A stretch of 64,000 nt of DNA from positions 267,592,001 to 267,656,000 of the forward strand of contig OZ024743.1 in the NCBI GenBank assembly GCA_964016885.1, given 5' to 3'. The notes beneath the pieces are model-generated. The model was not told the origin of the DNA. It was given only the letters and a program-made list of their open reading frames with translations, and ran no database searches. Source of the DNA: Eledone cirrhosa. Taxonomy: Eukaryota. Shown in pieces: positions 54,391 to 64,000 of the stretch. How positions within the stretch are numbered: the first letter of the stretch is position 1; each line of letters begins with the position of its first letter. Both the position numbers and the translations under genes were made by a program.

Positions 54391-54834
54391 TATATATATT
54401 TATATATATATATATATATCCTAAACGGACGGTAGTCCGTTTAGTAATATTGTTGTGGTCGTGTTTTCGTTGGCAATCGTCTGTTTACGACAGTACAGCT
54501 CGGCTCTACTTTATTTAACTGAGATAAAACTTATATGAGCATGAAGAATAGATCATTACGCATCTTTTGGCTTAAAGATCTAGAAATTTGGTCCAGCGGG
54601 AAAAAGTTTATAATCAAAGTTTGCTGATAAATCTTGTGTTTAAGTGAGTGAGTAGTAAGCGTGACGCTAGGGGAGGTAATCCAGAAATGACGTAGCTTTG
54701 TCATTAAGCCAATTGCCTCAACTAGATTGCAATTATACTCAAAAGAACTTTAAAATGTCAATCACTTGTCAGTAATTCACTATGATAATTTAATTATTAG
54801 ATAGTTGTTGCTTGCATTGCCTTAAAAATAGTAG

Positions 54835-55954
54835 ACCAGATAGAAAAATGCGTACAGCATAAAAAAGTAATATTGTTGGAATATAAACCTTTAAAAATAC
54901 AGGACAAGAAACTAAAATAAAACTTTAAAAAAATAGGATAAGAAACTAAGATAAAACTTTAAAAGAATAGGACAAGAAACTAAGATAAAACTTTAAAGAA
55001 TTGGACAAGAAATGAAAAATTTTACAATAATATTAGTGGCAATATTTTTTTATTCGTTTCCTGTGCTATGCCCCAGTATCTTCTTGATTAGTGCATAATA
55101 ATTGTCATGCTCTCATTGTGCGTTGCCCCTGAGCGGTTGGTTCTGGTTGGGGTTGGTTGGCTGATCAGTTCTGCTCCGTCAGAATGACCATTGCAAGAAG
55201 AATTGGCCGATGCAGCTGCAGGTCTCCTCTAAGAATGCACTTCTGGTCCCGCAACACCAGACGAAGATGGAGAAGACGACCGGGACAAAATGTCGACTCT
55301 GACGACCGACTACGGCACCTCCCTCAACCACCGGTCCTCCCTCCCTCTGTCCCGTCATCCCTCCAGTCCTCCTGCTCCCCCTTCCTGTACCAGAAAGCTG
55401 TGGCACGCATTCATCTGGACTGCCGGACTTGAACTCAAGGACAAGATGCAAGGAGAAGATGGACGGGTTGGTCAAGATCAAGGATGAGCGGGACCCTCCG
55501 CTGCTGCTCAAGATCTGTGCTCATGGGCCCATGGGTCCATTCACATTATGCATGATACATGAGGCATGTCGCCGAATGATGAAATAGGGGTATGGTTATG
55601 GCCCAATTGGTGTTCAAACCAGGATCAAATGATCCCCCCGTTCTGACGACGATCTCTCAATGCGGAACCCAGAGCCTATGAATGTGGAACTCGATTTTTT
55701 ACCAATAAAAATTTTGCCACTAATATTATTGTAAATTTGTTTATTTCTTGTCCAATTCTTTAAAGTTTTATCTTAGTTTCTTGTCCTATTCTTTTAAAGT
55801 TTTATCTTAGTTTCTTGTCCTATTCTTTTAAAGTTTTATCTTAGTTTCTTGTCCTATTCTTTTAAAGTTTTATTTTAGTTTCTTGTCCTGTATTTTTAAA
55901 GGTTTATATTCCAACAATATTACTTTTTTTTGCTGTACGCATTTTTCTATCTGG

Positions 55955-55955
<1 letters not shown>
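54835..55955. mobile_element. Non-autonomous foldback-type DNA element with ~220-255-bp TIRs containing 33-bp tandem subrepeats
   Basis: ACCAGATAGAAAAATGCGTACAGC... at 54835 mirrors ...GCTGTACGCATTTTTCTATCTGGT at 55955; the right arm has one more subrepeat. Confidence 0.85.
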
Positions 55956-55992
<37 letters not shown>

Positions 55993-56864
55993 CGTGCGTA
56001 TAAGTGTGTGTAGATGTATGTATGTTTGTGTGCTTCTATGTATGAATGTATGTATCTATAGAGCAAAGAAAATAACATAAAATAATTGAATTGATAAAAT
56101 GTTTACAATGTCTGAGAAAATAGTTCTAGAGAACACATTGAACACGTTACTCATAGTCATTGTGTAAAGCTGCTGAAATTAGTCGGAGTAAGGTAGGCTG
56201 CCATAATGTTAGAAATGGAAAACATATCAAGGAATCCTAAAATGAATCTAGTAAATTGCTTTTATAAAATACGAATAAATTAATGAGGAAAAGACGGACA
56301 AAACTTAATATCAATCTTCGTACATCATTGAACAAAGAAAAAATAAACATGAAAAGAGTGCCACTGATTCAAAAGATCATTTTCCAGCACACATGATAAC
56401 ATCAAAGTAAGAAATAAAATGTTAAATTATAAAAGGATAAAAGAATAATAATGATTGACATTATTACTGTGATTGTGTCAAAGCTATAATGATTTTTTTT
56501 AAATGTTCCTATAATAGTTTCCCCCACCCACCAAAATATATCGAGATATCTGCAAGTAGAAAATACAAGCCTGCTAAGTTCTTTCCACCAACGTTAAAAG
56601 AATCAACATCATATAGGAATTTAGATGTTAATTAATAAGAGCTAGCTAATGATATTATATTATCGGATGAGAGAAAAGTAGAACGGTAGAGGCGTTTTCG
56701 AAGAAAGGAAAGTGGAGCGGAAATACGTATACGAAGCAAATTTAATCTCAGTTCATTTTTGAGTAACAAATTCTCTGATTAGTCAATACAGAAAAATAAT
56801 ATAAATATCCGACGTTGTTTTATGAAAGTATCATTGCTAGTGAATATGTGTGTATGACACGATT

Positions 56865-56960
56865 GTGAAGGCGTGTAGCCTAGTGTTTCACAGACGTAAG
56901 TCATTCATTCTAGTCCGGGAGGTGCATTGAGTCTTTGAGCGCGAGACTTCAAGCTGCAAG
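56865..56960 (+). mobile_element. Degenerate second SINE family head
   Basis: 'gtgaaggcgtgtagcctagtg' A-box-like start and a 'gtctttgagcgcgagactt' CORE-like stretch. Confidence 0.35.
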
Positions 56961-57762
56961 AGATTGACTCGACTGACCAGAGTAAAGTGTACCCGTAAAT
57001 TAAAAGAATATGCGTGTCACAGAATTTCTATGAGGATAAGGTAAGGATTACACATGCTTGTGGGCTGCTTATTTGCACCATAATAAGAGATGGACTGAAA
57101 CTGTAATCCAAAGGCCCAGACTTGTACAACCTGTGTCACAAGAATCTCTATGAGAATCAGTTTAAAGAGGCGGGAGGCTCCAGAATGCTCAGTCGTCTCC
57201 AGCAAGATGATTTCATATGCAGGCACTCCCGGTGTTCGTACAGATGGGACACACGATGGAACAGATGGAGGTTTAACACGCTAATATATATATATACATT
57301 TATATATATTATTAACTTGCTATTGAACCACACTGGCATACGGACTATACTTCTATCCCTGTATGTATTAATTACATATAGGACACATACTTTTATTATT
57401 ATCCTCCCCGATGGTACAGGCACCTTTGGTCGTTCGTATAGCTGCTATTTTTAGTAGCATTAGATTGATCTGTCCAACGTGCTTTCGCCTTTGCACGCGT
57501 TCCTAACCATAACCGATTCATCCTGAGGCACTTTGGTATGGGGCTAGTTTGTAATTTGAACACGGAAATTTTATATTCTCCAAGAGAGAAAAGCCTCCTG
57601 ACGATGATCTCTTTCTCAGTGTAAATCCATTTGGATTGTCTACTTATTTGGTATCTGCAACCACGGTAAAGACACATAGTAATTACAGTGAATTTTTTGG
57701 AATTTAATTATTTATTATTATTTTTAAAGATATTTTCTGTGTTTACACTCCCTTGATTTTAC

Positions 57763-57816
<54 letters not shown>

Positions 57817-57919
57817 AGGGGGTGTAACTATGAGTTACTGCAGGTTCACCCGGGAGAGCATTCGATGTTTAGGTTCACCTCCGTGATGATGTATAGAGCT
57901 ATACAGAGTTTAATATATA

Positions 57920-58822
<903 letters not shown>

Positions 58823-59193
58823 TATATATATATATATATATAGCAGCAGCAGCCTACTAAGGTTGACCTGCTGGCTCACCACTGAACACCACTACCACTA
58901 CCACTACCACCACGGTGGTAAAGAAGATCAGCTGGATTAAACATTCTGATGACAACAACTATAACAGGCTCACCTGTCCCTGAAAAATGTCTATAGACTT
59001 TCGGCTGGGAAATGATAACCGACCAATGGGGTACGAGCGTGTCCTCTGACGCTGAAATTCGTTTATTCTAGCACATATGATTCGAGTTCCTCGGAGGACT
59101 AACAACACACCCAGGAGCTGGACATGTCGATGAATTGACAGAGTGGAACACATTTCAACACCATGTTTACCTGTTTTTTCTTCATTAATTCGT

Positions 59194-59246
59194 ACTGCCT
59201 GATGAGGTCACGGCTAATAATAGCTGTTACTGAAATATATAGAGTA
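59194..59246 (+). ncRNA. Minimal hammerhead ribozyme, degenerate 3' side
   Basis: actgc CTGATGA ggtcacggcta-ataa-tagctgttact GAAA tatata gagt; family of 3101 and 7451. Confidence 0.6.
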
Positions 59247-59358
59247 GAGAATTTATAATAAACGAAGCCAAATTTAACATGTTTGACTTACTTATTTATA
59301 TATCTATATATGAAATACCAATGATGGCTGGAAGATCACTGATGAAGGACTAACTTTA

Positions 59359-59416
<58 letters not shown>

Positions 59417-59999
59417 TCCATTAATATACTGACAAATGTGTATTTATTGCACTTAATCAATTCTTAGCTACCCGATGTATATTTGATATATATTACATTA
59501 AAAAAAGATGTACGTAGAGATATGATTGTATTATGGACGGACAATAACCACGTGTACGGCCTTCTACTAGAATATTTTGTAAATAAATTAACCTTGTTCC
59601 TTCTATGCATGTGGATTGGCATATACCACGTTATATTTTGATTCGATGATACCATTTTTGCTATAGCCTATATTATCTATGTAAATCACAACACTATAAT
59701 GTTTATCTCTAGGTAGCCTTAAAAGTGTCTTTCTCATTTCTAAATATTACGCAGTTATTTAAGGTGTTTTGTTTCATTATGAAACAATTATGAGCTTCTC
59801 CTTGTTTCACGAATAGAAATGTACGATTACACACTCCAATTAAACATTATTACATGTATATATAATAATAAAATATATAGTAATAATAATAACAATATTT
59901 CTACTTATATATAGTAATAACACCGTGTAAAATATATTGGTTCCCTAGTTCTAATTAACTTTTCCTGGTTTGACCTACCCCATCAGTATGAAAAAATAC

Positions 60000-60185
60000 T
60001 TGTTTCTACTTTAGGCACAGGGCCAGCAATTACCCAGTGCATTACTGGTACTTTATTTTATCGACCCCGTAAGGATGAAAGGCAAAGTCAACCTCGGCGG
60101 GATTTGAACTCAGATAGTAAAGGGACGTAACTATGCTTGAAAGCATGGCGTCCGATCCTCTACCGATACTGCCAATCCACCGCCC
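60000..60185 (-). mobile_element. SINE family A
   Basis: Reverse-complement match. Confidence 0.9.
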
Positions 60186-60399
60186 TGTATGAAAAAATAT
60201 TGTTATTTAATCTGAAGTTTGAGTTTGTGGTCAAAAATTTGATATTTGTAAATGTTCATACTTTTCAAGAAAAAACACATTTTTTTTTTAAATTTATCAG
60301 TTCATATAATTAAATCAACAGAGTATATATTTATTTTATTACACAAGCTTATCAAAAGCAAACAAGTAAAACACATAACACTTATAAAGCAACTTATAC

Positions 60400-61495
60400 A
60401 CGTCAGAAATGACTGGATTCCTGGATTTGCGGTTGTAGTCCAGGTCGCATTCCCGCACTAGCCCCCAGATATAGTCTCCCATCATGTTTTCATTGTAGTG
60501 GCCCTGGTACCTCCGCTCTACCTCTTTCACATCTTGGTGGAATCGTTCGCCTTGTTCTTCTGAGTAGGCGCCCATATTGTCATTGAAATTCGACAAGTGA
60601 GCGTCCAGCATATGGAGTTTAAGCGACATCCTGTATCCCATAACGCCAAAAGCTTTTATCAGATCCTGCACCAGTTGCTGGTAGTTTTCAGCTCTGTAGT
60701 TGCCCAGGAAGCCCTTAACAACTGCCTTGAAACAGTTCCATGCTGTTCTCTCAATAGTAATAAGCTTATTGGAGAACTCGCTAGACTCAAACACCTTCTT
60801 TATCTGAGGTCCAACAAACATTCCACCTTTGATTTTGGACTCAGATAACTTGGGGAAGAACTCAAGAAGGTACTTAAAAGCGGCTGATTCTTGGTTGAAA
60901 GCCTTCACAAACTGCTTCATCAACCCCAAATTAATGTGCAGTGCTGGCATGAGCACAATCCTGGGATCAACCAGTGGCTCCTACATGACGTTCCGGGTCC
61001 CAACTACAAATTCTGCTCGCTGCTCCCAGTTCTTTCTTTTGTAGTGGTCAGAGGTGGCTCTGCTGTCCCAAAGGCAGAGGGAGCATTGGAATTTGATAAA
61101 GCCTCCTTGGAGTCCAAGCAGGAAAGCCACCATCTTGAAGTCTCCAATGATTTCCCAATTGTACTGGTTGTATTGTAGACCTTCCATGAGGACTTTCACA
61201 CTGTAGTAATCTTCCTTCAAGCAGACTGAATGAGCTAGGGGCAGTGTCGGGAACTTGTTTCCATTGTGGAGGAGGACAGCCTTCAAACTTGTGGTGGAGC
61301 TGTCTATAAATAGCCGCCACTCCTTGGGCACAAAAGGCACCCCAATAACGTCAAATAGTCCAGGCATGTCATGGCAGAAGCAGAGGCCATCTCTAAGAGT
61401 GTAAACGCCTGAGAAAGGTTCGTGTCGACTTATCTGACTTGCCACCCGCACTTCCTCGTTGACCAAGTTCCACTGCTTCATCCTGGAGACGAATG
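60400..61495 (-). pseudogene. Chapaev3-like (CMC superfamily) DDE transposase relic, one in-frame stop, N-terminus missing
   Basis: WRLFIDSS..LKAVLLHNGN, GDFKMVAFLLGLQGG..C.LCLWDSRA, LHINLGLMKQFVKA, LKLHMLDAH, YSEEQGERFHQD; the two ORFs are in frame across TAG at 60981. Confidence 0.8.
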
Positions 61496-61869
61496 CTTAA
61501 AACACAACTTACCCTTTATTCAGGGTGCGAAAATCCAGTATCAAAAAATCTCTTTAATTCACTTTTTAACAATTTGTACTTTATTGCACTTTTATAATTT
61601 TCTTTAGGTATTACTCTTTATTTTATAATTTTAATTTAACCTGAAACATATATAAAAAAAATCATTTAACATAAGCAAATTAAACTTACATACAACGTAA
61701 AATCCAGCATACAAATAATTCTAGTGAATAGCTTAGAATCTTTACAAATCCAAACTTTTAACTGTTTAATAGCACCTTTTTTTAAATTTATTTGGGACCT
61801 AAGCAACACATAAAAAGTGATTACAAGCCAGGAACGGAGAACAAAATTTCTTTTGTTACAGTAATAATA

Positions 61870-62254
61870 ATTGATCCTACTTTTAGTACAAGGCCAGCAA
61901 TTATCCAAGTGTATTACTGGTACTTTATTTTATCGACCCCATAAGGATGAGAGTCAAAGTTAACCTCGGCGGGATTTGAACTCAGACCGTAACTCTTTCT
62001 GCAAAGCATGGTCTCCGAACCTCTACCAATACTGCCAATCCACCGCCCTATACTAATAATAATTGTTTCTACTTTTGGCACAAGGCCAGCAAATATCCAG
62101 CGCATTACTGGTACTTTATTTTATCGACCCCGTAAGGATGAAAGGCAAAGTTAACCTCGGCGGGATTTGAACTCAGAATGGCAAGGGCTGGCCGTAACTC
62201 TATGCGTTAAAGCATGGCGTCCGACCCTCTACCGATACTGCCAATCCACCGCCC
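61870..62254 (-). mobile_element. Two tandem SINE family A copies (61870-62048, 62058-62254)
   Basis: Reverse-complement matches. Confidence 0.9.
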
Positions 62255-62500
62255 TATAGTAATAATAATAACAATATTTATACTTATATATGTTTAATAT
62301 ACAATTATAAATGTGGAGGATTATACATGAATAAATTTATATATATATGTACATATATATATATATATATATGTGGAGAGTTATACATGAATACATTTAT
62401 ATATATATGTACATATATATATATATACATATATACGGACGGGTACCATCCCTGAATATTAATATCGGTAAGGTTGTTTTTATATAGATATTGTCGGGCG

Positions 62501-62622
62501 TCCACTGATGATTTATAAGTGCCCACCTACATATATTCCTATGGACTATGTGTAGGCCTCTACATAACCTGGACATTATTTTCCCAATTTGTAGAAAACT
62601 TATAATGAAACGATCGTTTGGA
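62501..62622 (+). ncRNA. Type I hammerhead ribozyme with ~95-nt stem II domain
   Basis: tcca CTGATGA t-ttataagt...acttataa-t GAAA c-gatc-g TT tgga; internal hairpin cctacata..tatgtgtagg. Confidence 0.65.
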
Positions 62623-62799
62623 GAGAGAGATATATTTAATTATGTCTCATATAAAATAATACAACTTGCTATCCGCAAAATACGTATAGTTAGCATCCCA
62701 AGCGTATAACTGGGATTATACTAAGGTATATCCTAATGTTTGTTGAGTGAGACGGAAGCCGGTCGGAGTATTGCTTAAAGCTTTCTCCGTTAATGTATA

Positions 62800-62845
<46 letters not shown>

Positions 62846-62847
<2 letters not shown>

Positions 62848-63038
62848 CGAAGTAAATGTGGTAAGGAACCAGGTGTACCATAACGCACCAAAGTACTCAA
62901 TACTTAGGGTAGTAGAGTGGGTAATAGGAACAAGTAAGACCCCGACGGCTGAGCTGAAGCCGTTTCGACGGCTAATTCTGTACAGAATTAGCCGTCGAAA
63001 CGGCTTGAGCTCAGCCGTCGGGGTGTTACTTGTTCCTA
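62846..63038 (-). mobile_element. Tail-plus-palindrome element in (TA)n (palindrome 62925-63038)
   Basis: 57-bp arms centred on ctgTAcag; third copy of the family at 58419. Confidence 0.85.
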
Positions 63039-63719
63039 TATATATATATATATATATATAAATTATAAACTCATACTCCATATATTGTATTCAGCGATGT
63101 AGAGGGATAAACTATTTGTTATATATATACATATATATGGGATTCCTCCAAACGGTACACTTCCATGGATATCACTCAGGGATCATCGGTCATGATGTGG
63201 ACAGGGGCTGTATTAGAAGAAACTTGCCTGCTGTGCACAGAAAATAAACCCAGAAGAAAGAGGTTGGTAATCGAACATTTTTATACGATTCATAACATTA
63301 AAGTCATGTTCATTGCATTAAAATACACTATATATTTCAAGTAGGAAATTTGATAAGGAGAGGTTTTGCAGAAGGAGGTCATCATTCTATTCAATTACTA
63401 CAGATATAGTTGCTCTTTTCTAATTGAATTGACTTTCTTTGTTACAGGGTTATATTTTCTTTAGAGAAATGCGGCATTACTATACCTTCAATTTCTATTT
63501 ATTACCTGTGTGTCTGTCATAAGTCGTTTTCCAGTGAGGGAGTATCAATATACGTATATAAAACTGAAATAATTGACTAAATAAAAGTGTCTAATAATAA
63601 CGGGATGTGTAAAAAAAGAGGCTATTTGCATAAAAGAAAAGGAAAAAATGGGTACCAGCGAATGTATGTATATATATATGTGTGTGTGTGAGTGTGTGTG
63701 TGTGTGTCTGTGTGAGTGA

Positions 63720-63802
<83 letters not shown>

Positions 63803-64000
63803 AGAAAAAATACTAAATAAGGAAGTAGAGTTTAAATATTCCTTTAACAAAAAACAGCTAAATACTGAGTCTTCTTATTCTGGAGTTTCCCCTGCGCACT
63901 CATCAGTCAAGATACTGTGTGCAGAGAAGAAACTCCTCAGCCATAATAAATAAATGAATATATATATATACACACACACAGGGACACACACACACTCACA

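Noticed and set aside
54895-55015. 33-bp tandem repeats as a CRISPR-like array
   Set aside because: No unique spacers; eukaryotic context; they are TIR subrepeats
57014-57460. Possible solo LTR starting TGTCAC with a short direct repeat at 57016/57134
   Set aside because: No clear CA terminus, TSD or second LTR

Overview
AT-rich animal genomic DNA saturated with microsatellites. It is most consistent with a cephalopod (octopus-like) genome, inferred from the SINE family and repeat profile. No host protein-coding gene is recognisable, and most ORFs in the track are translated microsatellites. The window is a mosaic of mobile elements: (1) an intact 1130-aa R4/Dong-type RLE retrotransposon with tandem copies in a (TAA)n tract, and older relics elsewhere; (2) decayed Tx1/L1-type LINEs in the same tract in the opposite orientation; (3) about 15 copies of a tRNA-derived SINE; (4) Penelope-like (PLE) GIY-YIG and RT relics; (5) a Chapaev3-like transposase relic and a foldback DNA element. 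The main hidden signal is non-coding: roughly 18-20 type I hammerhead-ribozyme (HHR) motifs from several families on both strands. They lie in short PLE pLTR-like or retrozyme-like units that abut (TA)n runs and often form fold-back palindromes or tandem repeats. Several have a non-canonical mismatch at the base of a long stem II, and one is split by a SINE with its core intact. All structures were folded by eye and need computational and biochemical confirmation.
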